DNA of 64,000 nt, taken from assembly GCA_963713045.1 (NCBI GenBank), contig CAVQKE010000001.1, positions 128,001-192,000 on the forward strand, written 5' to 3'. Made by a program: the position numbers and the translations under genes. This stretch comes from an uncultured delta proteobacterium (GTDB lineage Bacteria > Myxococcota > Myxococcia > Myxococcales > Myxococcaceae). How positions within the stretch are numbered: the first letter of the stretch is position 1; every line of letters begins with the position of its first letter. Shown piece after piece: positions 21,046 through 30,206 of this stretch. The notes beneath the pieces were generated by a model. It did no database searches and was not told where the DNA came from. It saw nothing but the letters and a program-made list of their open reading frames with translations.

Positions 21046-21561
21046 GTGCTAACCTCGACGCCCGTGCTCCCCGAATCCCGGGTCCGTCCCAGCTCGCCTG
21101 CACCGGACGAGGCGGCACTGGCGCGGGCCGCCATCGCCGCGCTGGGGCGCCGGGAGTTTCTCGAGCGTCTGTCCGGCCTGGTCCGCGCCGCCGGCTCGGA
21201 TGCGGCCAACCCCGGCTCCTATGGCTGTACCGAGTGCGAGCGCTGCGCGGACTGCATGTTCTGCAAGTCCTGTGACGCCTGTCACCAGTGCACGCACTGC
21301 ACCCGGTGCGAGCTCTGCAACAACTGCAGCCACTGCGTCGACTGTAAGAATTGCCACGCTTGCGCCTACTGCCTGCGCAGCGAAAACTGTAGCGCCAGCG
21401 CCTACTTGGTGATGTCGCGCAACCTCGCCGACTGCACCTACTGCTTCGGCTGTGTCGGGCTGTCGCGGAAGGACTTCCACATTCTCAACATCCCCTTCGG
21501 CCGGACGGAATACTTTGCCATCACCAAACGGCTTCGGGCGGAGCTCAACTTGCCGGGCTAG
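21046..21561 (+). CDS. Cys-rich (Cxx)n repeat protein
   Basis: 17 consecutive Cxx triplets, then CTYCFGCVGL...FHILN; no signal peptide; start uncertain. Confidence 0.8.
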   Translation: MLTSTPVLPESRVRPSSPAPDEAALARAAIAALGRREFLERLSGLVRAAGSDAANPGSYGCTECERCADCMFCKSCDACHQCTHCTRCELCNNCSHCVDCKNCHACAYCLRSENCSASAYLVMSRNLADCTYCFGCVGLSRKDFHILNIPFGRTEYFAITKRLRAELNLPG

Positions 21562-21581
21562 CCGTGGGCTAGCCGGGCAAG
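21549..21581. terminator. Inverted repeat between convergent genes (possible terminator)
   Basis: CTTGCCGGGCTAGCC-GTG-GGCTAGCCGGGCAAG with one mismatch; no clear U-tract. Confidence 0.4.
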
Positions 21582-21681
21582 CTACTTGGGCCTCGTTTCC
21601 AAAGCGCAGCCGAGAGGACACAGCGCGTCGCTTTCCCAAGCGTACTTCCCTCTCGCCTCCACCCGCCTGTCACCCTACCCC

Positions 21682-22866
21682 CTACAGCGCCCGGAGGAAG
21701 AAGACCTTGAGGTACTCCGTCTCCGGCAGGCCGCCTAGAGCCGGATGGTCGGCGCTGGGACCACGTCTCTCCAGAATTTGAATGGGCCGGCGGACGTCCT
21801 CGGCCGCCCCGAGGAGCATTTCCTCGAAGGCCGAGACGGAGACTTTGCCCGAGCAGGAGCAGCTGACGAGGAGGCCCTCTGGGCGCAGCAGTCGCAGGGC
21901 CCGCACGTTGAGTTCCCGGTAAGCGCGCATGGCAGCGTCCGGACCCTTGGTGCGCTTGGCCAGCCCAGGTGGGTCCAGCACCACGGTGTCGAAGCGCTCT
22001 CCTGCGCGGTCGAAGTCATGCAGGACGTCGAAGGCGTTGGCGGTTTCCACCCTGACCTGGCTGCGGTCATTCCGCGCGGCATTCTCCCGAAGCCGTTCGG
22101 CCGCGCCGGCGTCCTGTTCCACCGCCAGGACCTGCTGGGAATGCAAGGCCAGCGCCAGGGCGAAACCACCGTGGTAGCTGAAACAGTCCAGCGCCCTCCC
22201 GCGGCCGAGTTGCCCGGCAAGGAGGTGGTTGTCGGCCTGGTCCAAAAAAGCGCCGGTCTTCATGTCGTGCTGCAGGTCGACGCGAAAGGAATTGTCACCT
22301 TCTCGAAAGTCCACCACGGCCTCACCCCTGCCGTGGAGCAAGCGCACTTCGCGCGGCAGCCCCTCGAAATCCCGCCCGCTTCCGTCATCGCGGGCCAAGA
22401 CCCGGGCGGCGCCGGTCAGCTCGACGAGGAGACGCGCCAGAACTTCCTCTCGGGCATCCATGCCTTCGGAGAGAGACTGCAGCACGAGCGCGCTGCCGTA
22501 GCAGTCGACCACCAGGCCGGGGAGCAGGTCCGACTCGCCATGCACCAGCCGGAGCGCATCGCGGCTGCCCAGCGAGGCGCGCCGGCGGATGGAGGCCTCG
22601 AGTCGACGACGGAAGAAGTCCTCGTCAATCGGCTCGTCGGCCGGACCGCGCCGAGTGAGGAGCCGCAGCGCCAGCGGGGAGTGCCTCGCATAGAAAGCCT
22701 GACCAACGAGATTGCCACCGGGGTCGACGACGCTGACGACTGGGCCCGCGGCGTCGGTGGCCGGGGTTTCCACCACGTCGGTCCGCCAGCACCAGGGCCG
22801 AAGATGACGCAAGGCGCGCGCGGCCTTGGCCGAGACGACAGCCCGATTCGAGGCCACAGCTGGCAT
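21682..22866 (-). CDS. RlmI-like class I SAM-dependent rRNA methyltransferase
   Basis: RLVHGESDLLPGLVVD, KTGAFLDQ, LDCFSYHGGF, VVLDPP, SCSCS and ETEYLK motifs. Confidence 0.88.
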   Translation of the reverse strand: MPAVASNRAVVSAKAARALRHLRPWCWRTDVVETPATDAAGPVVSVVDPGGNLVGQAFYARHSPLALRLLTRRGPADEPIDEDFFRRRLEASIRRRASLGSRDALRLVHGESDLLPGLVVDCYGSALVLQSLSEGMDAREEVLARLLVELTGAARVLARDDGSGRDFEGLPREVRLLHGRGEAVVDFREGDNSFRVDLQHDMKTGAFLDQADNHLLAGQLGRGRALDCFSYHGGFALALALHSQQVLAVEQDAGAAERLRENAARNDRSQVRVETANAFDVLHDFDRAGERFDTVVLDPPGLAKRTKGPDAAMRAYRELNVRALRLLRPEGLLVSCSCSGKVSVSAFEEMLLGAAEDVRRPIQILERRGPSADHPALGGLPETEYLKVFFLRAL

Positions 22867-23066
22867 CAGCCTTCCTTGGTGCTGAGATTTGGTGTTTACC
22901 AAATTCCTGGCGCTGGGCGGCCCGCGTTCTCTAACGTCGCAAGAGCCGTCCAGGTGAGAGTTTCTGGGCGACGCATTTCCCAACGAGTCCGCGCCATGAT
23001 GCTTGCCTACTGGCCGAACAGGGGACGTCAGACGCCTCGCTCTCAACCGCACGGGAGCCTGACCGA

Positions 23067-24716
23067 ATGAGAGCTTTGCTGGGGGTGCCGTTGGTGTTGC
23101 TACTCTCGGCTCCATCCGTGGGGCAGGCGGCGCCGACCTTGATGCAGAATGTACGCGGCTACACCCTCTCCGGTGATGAGCTGAAGCAGTTCGACGGCCT
23201 ATTGTTTGACGAGGGCCGGGTGGTGGAGGCTGGGGAGGCCGAGGTGCTGCGCCGGCAGTATCCGACGGCGCACCTAATCGATGGGCAGGGGCGAACCCTG
23301 CTGCCAGGTTTGCTCGACGCTCACGGCCATGTGCTGCGCCTGGGTTTTGAGTCGGTGGAGATTCAGCTTTGGAACACCGGCAGTCTTGCCGAGGCACAAA
23401 GGCGCATCCTCGCCTATTCCAAGGCCAACCCGGGCGCTCCTTGGCTCCTGGGCGGTGGCTGGAATCAGGTGAAGTGGCAGCTCGGCCGGTTTCCGACCGC
23501 GCGCGACCTTGATGAAGCCGAGGCGAATCGGCCGACTGCGCTCCGGCGTGTCGATGGGCACGCCCTTTGGGTAAATACCGCTGCCCTCCGTGCGGCTTCC
23601 ATCGGCCGGGCCACCGTGGACCCTCGAGGAGGGCGGATCGAGCGCGACGAGCACGGGGACCCGACCGGTGTCTTGGTCGACGGCGCAATGAGCCTGATGG
23701 ATGCGGTCATCCCCAACCCGACCGCGGCCGAACGAGAAGTCGCTCTCAAGGCCGCCCTTCACCAACTGAATGCGCTTGGGCTGACCAGCGTTGGCGACGC
23801 GGGCGTGAGTGCAAGTGAGGTGGGCCTTTACCGTCTGCTCGCAGACCGAGGCGAGCTCACAGTGCGCATCTACGCGATGATTGAGGGAACCGGCGAGGAC
23901 TTCCGTTCACTGGCGAGGGCCGGACCGTTGGTCGGCTACGCGAAGGAGCATCTGACGGTGCGCGCCGTGAAGCTTTACGCCGATGGGGCCCTCGGCAGTC
24001 GTGGCGCCGCCTTGCTCGAACCCTACTCTGACCAGCCGACGCAGAGGGGTCTGTTGTTTCTTTCCGACACCGAGATGGAGCAGCAGATGGAGAGGGCGCT
24101 TGCGGCAGGCTACCAGGTCAACGTGCATGCCATCGGCGATGCTGCCAACCACCAAGTGCTCGGAGCCTTCGAGACAGCCTTCCGGGCTGTCGGTGGCCGC
24201 CAGCTGCGCAACCGCGTCGAGCACGCCCAGGTGGTGTCGCCGGCCGACATTCCACGTTTCAAGGCGCTCGGACTGATTGCGTCGATGCAACCCACCCACG
24301 CGACCAGCGACATGGGCATGGCGCAGGAGCGCTTGGGCGTCGAACGTCTTCAGGGAGCCTACGCCTGGCGGACGTTCCTCAATCAGGGGACGCGAATCGC
24401 CGGTGGTTCGGACTTTCCGGTCGAATCGGCCAACCCCTTCTTCGGACTGCATGCGGCGGTCACTCGGACCGACCATGCCGGTCAACCGCCGGGCGGCTGG
24501 CACAGCGAACAGGCAATGAGCCGGCTCGAGGCCTTCCGAGCATTCACCCTGGATGCCGCGTACGCGCAGCACCAGGAGGCAACGCTGGGGTCGCTCCAGC
24601 CGGGCAAGTGGGCGGACTTCATCCTGGTCGACGGCGACGTCTTCACCGTCGAAGCGGCGGACATCTGGAGACTTCAAGTGGAGCAGACGTGGGTCGCCGG
24701 GCAACGCGTTTACTGA
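23067..24716 (+). CDS. Exported amidohydrolase (Amidohydro_3, YtcJ-like)
   Basis: Signal peptide; PGLLDAHGH, KLYADGALGSRGA, HAIGD, RVEHAQ, GSDFPVE and PGKWADF motifs. Confidence 0.9.
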   Translation: MRALLGVPLVLLLSAPSVGQAAPTLMQNVRGYTLSGDELKQFDGLLFDEGRVVEAGEAEVLRRQYPTAHLIDGQGRTLLPGLLDAHGHVLRLGFESVEIQLWNTGSLAEAQRRILAYSKANPGAPWLLGGGWNQVKWQLGRFPTARDLDEAEANRPTALRRVDGHALWVNTAALRAASIGRATVDPRGGRIERDEHGDPTGVLVDGAMSLMDAVIPNPTAAEREVALKAALHQLNALGLTSVGDAGVSASEVGLYRLLADRGELTVRIYAMIEGTGEDFRSLARAGPLVGYAKEHLTVRAVKLYADGALGSRGAALLEPYSDQPTQRGLLFLSDTEMEQQMERALAAGYQVNVHAIGDAANHQVLGAFETAFRAVGGRQLRNRVEHAQVVSPADIPRFKALGLIASMQPTHATSDMGMAQERLGVERLQGAYAWRTFLNQGTRIAGGSDFPVESANPFFGLHAAVTRTDHAGQPPGGWHSEQAMSRLEAFRAFTLDAAYAQHQEATLGSLQPGKWADFILVDGDVFTVEAADIWRLQVEQTWVAGQRVY

Positions 24717-24750
24717 AGCGAAACCTGGACGGCGACCGGTAGCCGAGCTG

Positions 24751-25023
24751 CTAGGTACGCGGATGGGGCGTCCGGAGCGATTCCGCTGGAAGCTGAAGAG
24801 CGGCGAGGGCCTTCAGCTGGCGAATTTCCTCCGCCATCTCTGCCGTCTGCCGCGCCAGAGTGTTGACGTCCGGCTGGTTCCTTATCTTGGCCCAGTCGGC
24901 CAGAAGCGGTCTCAGGCCGAAGCGGATGGCGACGGTGAGCATCCCAACCAGCGCTGAAACAGCGATGAAGACGCAGCCTGTCGCAAGCAGGACTTCAGGA
25001 ACGCCCGTTTCGGTGAGATTCAT
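24751..25023 (-). CDS. Small membrane protein (one TM plus coiled coil)
   Basis: MNLTETGVPEVLL..., a TM helix, RFGLRPL, then a heptad-like EMAEEIRQLK. Confidence 0.55.
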   Translation of the reverse strand: MNLTETGVPEVLLATGCVFIAVSALVGMLTVAIRFGLRPLLADWAKIRNQPDVNTLARQTAEMAEEIRQLKALAALQLPAESLRTPHPRT

Positions 25024-25248
25024 CGGTGGATTGCTACGTCGCGGCGGACGGCTGATTGCTGCAAGCACGGGGCGTCGCACACCACCCGCTTTCCGCCACC
25101 GGCCGGCCCAGAGGTCCTCCCCTGCACGCGATGTACAAACCACCCGCGCCGCGCGTGAAGTCGGGCCTATGGCCGGGCGGCTTTCCTCGGCGGGGCAACG
25201 GGCGGGGCAACGGGCGGGCCGCCCGGCCTTGGCCACAGACGAGCGGTG

Positions 25249-26448
25249 CTACTCGAGACCGCGAGCGGCCAGTTCCATGTCGTCCTCACCACGAAGGTGG
25301 CCGACCTCATGGAGCAAGGTAACGCGAATCTGCTCGAGCAGTTCCTCCTCGCTGGTGACGGCGCGCGCCAGGTTGCGTCGGTAAAGCACCACCGAGCGAC
25401 AAGGGCCTTTGTCATCCTGGGGACAGGCCTCGCTCAGCGAGGGCCCGCGGAACAGTCCGAGGATGGTGGGCGACAGCGGCGGGTCCCCGTCGCGCAAGTC
25501 ATCGTCTTGGGGAATCTCCTCCGTCGTCACCGGCACGCCGCGCAAGTCCTTCTGCATGTCCTGGGGGAGGGCATGCACCGCGCGGGCGACAGCCTCTCGA
25601 AAGGCCCCGACTGAGAGAAGCACCGGCGGCGGAAAGTCCTCCGGAGCCAGCTGCTGGGCTCTCTGGAAGCTGTCCTCGGCCTCGGCCCACTTTCCGTCGC
25701 GCTCCAGCAACAGCCCAAGGTGCTCGAAGGCGTGCGCGGCGTGGTCCGGGTCCTTGCGCAGCGCGAGAAAGGCTGCGCGGGCCTCCGGAAACCGGCACAG
25801 CTCGAAAAGCGCCACAGCGCGCTCGTAGGCCACGTCGGCGTCGCCCTGGAGGACACTGGCCGCCTCCTCGGCGCGCTGCAAGGCCAGCGTCGGCTCACCC
25901 AAGTCGTTGGCGGCCATGGCCGAGAGCAGTGCAAACTGCGCGGTGAGTTCCTCGTCATCACCGTCCGCGGCGAGTTCCCGACCGCGCTCGGAGTAGAGGA
26001 ACGCCAATTCGTCATTGTCCCGGGTCGAGGGCAGGCTCACGCCGTAGAGGTGCGCAGCGCCGAGAAGCGCGTCCAGGTGGTCCGGGTCCAAGGCCAGGGC
26101 CCGGGCGTAGGCCAGCCGCGCCTCGTCGAAGCGTCCCAGTGCGGACAGCGCTGCCGCGCGCTCGCTGTGGGCCGAGGAGTCGTCTGGACTTCGGGCCGCC
26201 GCCTCGGCGGCGCAGGACAGGGCCCGCTTCCAGTCCTCGACCTCGTAGGCGGCGTGGGCGGCTTCCAGCGGCGAGGCGCCGTGCGTCTCGCACACCGCCA
26301 GGGGCTCCACCGGGACTGGGCGCGAGGGGTGGTGCACCGGGGCGGTGGGCGTGCCGGCATTGGCAACGCTGCTTTGCGCGACGGGCTCCATCCGGTGACA
26401 GCCGGCGAGGAGAGCTAGGCAGACAAGCACCGGTGAAAGGAATCGCAT
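25249..26448 (-). CDS. TPR-containing lipoprotein with C-terminal minimal zincin (DUF1025-like) metallopeptidase domain
   Basis: Lipobox LAGC; TPR helices; ILGLFRG...VVLYRRNL...TLLHEVGHLRG. Confidence 0.82.
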   Translation of the reverse strand: MRFLSPVLVCLALLAGCHRMEPVAQSSVANAGTPTAPVHHPSRPVPVEPLAVCETHGASPLEAAHAAYEVEDWKRALSCAAEAAARSPDDSSAHSERAAALSALGRFDEARLAYARALALDPDHLDALLGAAHLYGVSLPSTRDNDELAFLYSERGRELAADGDDEELTAQFALLSAMAANDLGEPTLALQRAEEAASVLQGDADVAYERAVALFELCRFPEARAAFLALRKDPDHAAHAFEHLGLLLERDGKWAEAEDSFQRAQQLAPEDFPPPVLLSVGAFREAVARAVHALPQDMQKDLRGVPVTTEEIPQDDDLRDGDPPLSPTILGLFRGPSLSEACPQDDKGPCRSVVLYRRNLARAVTSEEELLEQIRVTLLHEVGHLRGEDDMELAARGLE

Positions 26449-26547
26449 CACGTCCCTGGCAGTGTAGCAGTCGCTCTGGGCAACTCGCCTCTGATGCTAA
26501 GAACGGGTGGCGCCGTCTGCCATTTCCCACTCGACGCCTTGGCTGGC

Positions 26548-27141
26548 ATGGCGACAGACTTCCCCAAGGTGTCCCCCCTCCTGTTGGCCTCCACCTCCCC
26601 GGCCCGCCAAGCGCTTCTCGCCGCGCTGGGAGTGCCCTTTGCAGCCATCGCCCCCGGCGTCGACGAATCTCTCCCACCGGGTGCGAGCTTGGAGGAGGCG
26701 GTGCGCACCCTGGCGCAGAGGAAGGCGCGCGCCGTGGCAGCGCGTTTTCCAAGTGCGCTGGTGCTGGCGGCCGACCAACTGGGCGAGGTGGAAGGCAGAC
26801 TGCTGCGCAAGCCAGCCAGCAGGGAGGAGGCCCGCGCCCAACTTCAAGCCCTCAGCGGACGGACCCACCGACTCCTGACCGCAGTTTGCCTGCTCGGGGC
26901 AGGCGAGGAGGAAAGCGTGGTTGAGGAGGCGCAGCTGACGCTGTTTGCCCTTTCGGCCGCAGAAGTGGAGGCCTACCTGGACACCGGCGAATGGGAAGGG
27001 TGTGCGGGCAGCTACCGGGTGGAGGGGCGGGGACAAGCCCTGATGGCGCGCATTTCAGGAGACCGCACCTGCGTCCAGGGGCTCCCCATGCAGGCGGTGG
27101 TGCGTCTTCTGCGCAGCCGACGGGTTCCCCTGTTGGGCTAG
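26548..27141 (+). CDS. maf: Maf-family nucleoside triphosphate pyrophosphatase
   Basis: LLLASTSPAR, VDES, LAADQ, KP, LSGRTH and CAGSYRVEG motifs. Confidence 0.9.
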   Translation: MATDFPKVSPLLLASTSPARQALLAALGVPFAAIAPGVDESLPPGASLEEAVRTLAQRKARAVAARFPSALVLAADQLGEVEGRLLRKPASREEARAQLQALSGRTHRLLTAVCLLGAGEEESVVEEAQLTLFALSAAEVEAYLDTGEWEGCAGSYRVEGRGQALMARISGDRTCVQGLPMQAVVRLLRSRRVPLLG

Positions 27142-27169
27142 ACGCCCCCCAAGGGACATGAAAGACGCC

Positions 27170-28126
27170 TCAGGCGCGCAGCTCGGCCAGAATCTCCGCT
27201 GCCGCTGCCCTCGCCCGGGCGACTTCCTCGGGCCGAAAGCTCATCGCCGCCACCACTGGATGGCCGCCTCCGCCGTAGCGCTGGGCAATGGCCGACAGGT
27301 CGTGGCGGCGGAGCTCCGGGCGCCAGGGGTTGCTGCCGATGGAGACTTTGCTGCGCTGGGCGCTTTTGCCCACCCACACCACGTAGCGCGCCTCGGGGAA
27401 CAAGTCGTAGGCGATGAATTTGTTGATGCCGTCGAGGTTTTCGTCGGCCAGGTCAAAAAAGACGATGTCCTCTTCAAGGCGGGCCTTTCGCCGCACCACC
27501 TCGACGTGGGACCGATGGCGCGCCAAGAGAGGCCGGAAAGCCTCTTGCACCAGCGGCAGTGCGGCCACCTCAGACAGCGAGGCCTGCTGCAGGCGGCGGA
27601 TGATTTCGGGGATGAAGGCCCGGTCGCGGTTGGCCTCGAGCACCGTCATCAGCTGAAGGGCCGGCTCGCGCAGGGCCACCGCCATTTCCGGGCTCGGAAA
27701 CTGCGCTCCGTCAATCAATTCGGCCCAGTCGATGAGCTCGCCCAGCGCGCTGCTGTCAAAGCCGAAGCGGGCGCGCGTCAAGTCGGCGATGTACTTGGTG
27801 CAACTCTTCCGGCTTGGGTCATGAAACTTCCGGCCGCTGGTGTCGGCGCGGAAGTGCGCCTCGTCGCCTGCGTCCTGAAAGCCCGAAGCATGGTGGTCAA
27901 ACCACCAAGTCAATTGGGGAGACTGGCTGTAGCGAAAGTCGACAATGGCGTTTTCGTCGCCTTGGAAGACGGCCTCCGGGATGGCCCGACCGTCGCCCTG
28001 GTGCGACAGCCCGTGGAAAGTCAGCTCGGCATGTGGACGGATGCACTCGCGGAAGAAGTTTGCAAACACGGCGGCGCTGGCCGCCCCGTCAAAGCAGTTG
28101 TCATGAAAAAGGACGTGCATCCACAT
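27170..28126 (-). CDS. DHH/DHHA1-family phosphoesterase
   Basis: FHDNCFDG, IVDF, WFDHH and YGGGGH motifs. Confidence 0.85.
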   Translation of the reverse strand: MWMHVLFHDNCFDGAASAAVFANFFRECIRPHAELTFHGLSHQGDGRAIPEAVFQGDENAIVDFRYSQSPQLTWWFDHHASGFQDAGDEAHFRADTSGRKFHDPSRKSCTKYIADLTRARFGFDSSALGELIDWAELIDGAQFPSPEMAVALREPALQLMTVLEANRDRAFIPEIIRRLQQASLSEVAALPLVQEAFRPLLARHRSHVEVVRRKARLEEDIVFFDLADENLDGINKFIAYDLFPEARYVVWVGKSAQRSKVSIGSNPWRPELRRHDLSAIAQRYGGGGHPVVAAMSFRPEEVARARAAAAEILAELRA

Positions 28127-28251
28127 AGGGCAACTTAGGTTAACGCGGAGAGCCGACGTCCGCGCGCGGCTGTCCCCCCGTGGAGGAAAAAAAAGAAGCC
28201 CTTGCGTAACGCCAGAGCCTCTCGGGAATCCAACAGAAAACGGAGAGCCCC

Positions 28252-28461
28252 ATGAAACGTGCGATTCGTCGTACCGGGCAGAAGCTGCGGTCCTTTCAGC
28301 AGAAAGCCGTCGCTGGAGGCCGCAAGGTGCAAACCAACCTTGGCGAACTCATTGCCGCAGCTTTTGACACGGCGGGCAACGAGGTGAAGGACGTGGCCAA
28401 CTTGCTCGCCTCCCCGGAGCTCGGCCGGATGGCAAAGAGTCGCATCGTCCTGGTCCAATAA
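28252..28461 (+). CDS. Small basic hypothetical protein (69 aa)
   Basis: SD GGAG, ATG; basic N-terminus then LGELIAAAFDT helix; upstream of tatD. Confidence 0.7.
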   Translation: MKRAIRRTGQKLRSFQQKAVAGGRKVQTNLGELIAAAFDTAGNEVKDVANLLASPELGRMAKSRIVLVQ

Positions 28462-28510
28462 AGCCCCCTTCGGAGGTTGTGCAGGGCCTACCTGGTGCCC
28501 TAGGGAGCCT

Positions 28511-29317
28511 GTGGTGATTGACTCCCACTGCCACCTGGACGTCCAGCGCTTCGACGCCGACCGGGCAGCCGTGCTGCAGCGGGCCTGGGAGGCTGGTCTG
28601 CGAGGCTTGGTGGTACCGGCGATTGGCCCCTCCGCCTGGGAGGAACTGCTGCAGTGGCCGGGGCGCGACGCCCGCCTTCAGGTGGCCTTGGGCATCCACC
28701 CCCAGCTGTTGGCCGAGCTTCCCGAGGCCGCCGACGACGTTCACCTCGAGGTGTTGGACGGGCTTCTGTCGCGGGGCATCGCCTGCGCGGTGGGTGAGTG
28801 CGGCCTCGATGGGCCGACGCTGGAGCGGGTGTCGCTGCCCCGCCAGCTGCGAGTCTTGGACGGCCACCTCCGTCTGGCCCACAAGCACCACCTGCCCCTG
28901 TTGCTTCACTGTCAGCGGGCTCACCCCGCGCTCGAGGCATGGCTCGAACGCGTCCGGCTGCCCGAGGCCGGGGCGGTGCTGCACAGCTACAGCGGTGGCG
29001 CCGAGCGCGTCGGCACCTACCAAGCCCGCGGCTGCTGGTTCAGCTTCGCCGGCCCTGTCACCTGGCCCGAGGCCCGACGGCCGGTGGAGGCGCTCCGGGC
29101 GGTCCCGGCGCAGCGTCTTTTGGCTGAGACCGATGCACCGGACCAAACACCCGAGCCGTACCGCGGGCAGCGCTCGGAGCCGGCCTTTCTCCAGCAGGTG
29201 GTAGCGGCCATGGCCAGCCACCGCGGGGTGCCGCCAGCCGAGCTGGCCGGCCAGCTGGCGGACAATGCCCGACGCTTCTTTGCCCGGCACTTCGCGCCGC
29301 GCCCGGCACTCCGCTAA
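28511..29317 (+). CDS. tatD: TatD-family hydrolase/DNase
   Basis: IDSHCHLD, GIHP, VGECGLD, LHSYSG and LAETDAP motifs. Confidence 0.92.
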   Translation: MVIDSHCHLDVQRFDADRAAVLQRAWEAGLRGLVVPAIGPSAWEELLQWPGRDARLQVALGIHPQLLAELPEAADDVHLEVLDGLLSRGIACAVGECGLDGPTLERVSLPRQLRVLDGHLRLAHKHHLPLLLHCQRAHPALEAWLERVRLPEAGAVLHSYSGGAERVGTYQARGCWFSFAGPVTWPEARRPVEALRAVPAQRLLAETDAPDQTPEPYRGQRSEPAFLQQVVAAMASHRGVPPAELAGQLADNARRFFARHFAPRPALR

Positions 29318-29329
29318 AGAAGGGCCGCC

Positions 29330-30190
29330 ATGTCCTTGCAACCTGTGTCCACACCCCCCGCGGACGTCCCGGTGCCGGCAGAGCCCGGCCGCTCCTTCCG
29401 CCTCTCGCGGCGCTTTGACCGAACGGGACGACTCCTCGGAGACGCCGGGATGGAGCGGCTGGCCCGCGCGCGGGTGGTGGTGTTTGGCTTGGGCGGGGTG
29501 GGCAGCTACGCGGTGGAGGGCCTGGCGCGCAGCGGCGTCGGCCAGCTGACGTTGGTGGACTTTGACGAGGTGTGCGTCACCAACCTTAACCGCCAGCTGC
29601 ATGCGACGGTGCGGACTGTGGGCAAGCCCAAAGCGGAGTTGATGGCGCAGCGCTGCCGAGAGGTGAATCCGGACATCTCGGTGCAGGCGGTGCGTGCGTT
29701 TTACCGGGCCGACCTCTCGGAGACACTGCTCGGCCCAGGCTGGGACTACGTGGTGGACGCCATCGACAATGTGAAGGCCAAGCTGCACCTGTTGCACCGG
29801 GCCGTCAGCCTCGGGCTTCCGGTGGTGAGCAGCATGGGGGCGGCAGGAAGGCTCGACCCCACCGCCATTCGGGTGGAGGACTTGTGTGAGACGCACATGG
29901 ACCCCTTCGCCAAGGATGTGCGGAAGCTGCTGAAGCGCAAGTACGGGGTGGATACTGAGCGGCCGACTGGGATTACGGCCGTCTACAGCACGGAAGCGTC
30001 CCGGACGCCGTTGCCGCTCACCTATGACGCCCGCACGCATGGATTCCTGTGCGTCTGCCCGTCCCGTGAAAACGACTTCCACACCTGCGACCACCGGACG
30101 GTGGTGAATGGAAGCGCCGTCTTTGTGACGTCGGTCTTCGGGATGGCGATGGCGGGGGTGGTGGTGCGCCGCATCGCCCAGGGGCGCTAG
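29330..30190 (+). CDS. tcdA: tRNA threonylcarbamoyladenosine dehydratase (ThiF family)
   Basis: GLGGVGS, DFDEVCVTNLNRQ, VVDAID, SSMGAAGRLDPT and AVYSTE motifs. Confidence 0.88.
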   Translation: MSLQPVSTPPADVPVPAEPGRSFRLSRRFDRTGRLLGDAGMERLARARVVVFGLGGVGSYAVEGLARSGVGQLTLVDFDEVCVTNLNRQLHATVRTVGKPKAELMAQRCREVNPDISVQAVRAFYRADLSETLLGPGWDYVVDAIDNVKAKLHLLHRAVSLGLPVVSSMGAAGRLDPTAIRVEDLCETHMDPFAKDVRKLLKRKYGVDTERPTGITAVYSTEASRTPLPLTYDARTHGFLCVCPSRENDFHTCDHRTVVNGSAVFVTSVFGMAMAGVVVRRIAQGR

Positions 30191-30206
30191 GCGCCGACGG
30201 AGGCCC

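Noticed and set aside
21226..21400. CxxCH motifs (CDACH, CKNCH) suggesting a c-type cytochrome
   Set aside because: By-products of the Cxx periodicity; no export signal.
25190..25218. Tandem 12-bp repeat GCGGGGCAACGG (about 2.4 copies)
   Set aside because: Too short and GC-rich to interpret; no spacers; not seen elsewhere.
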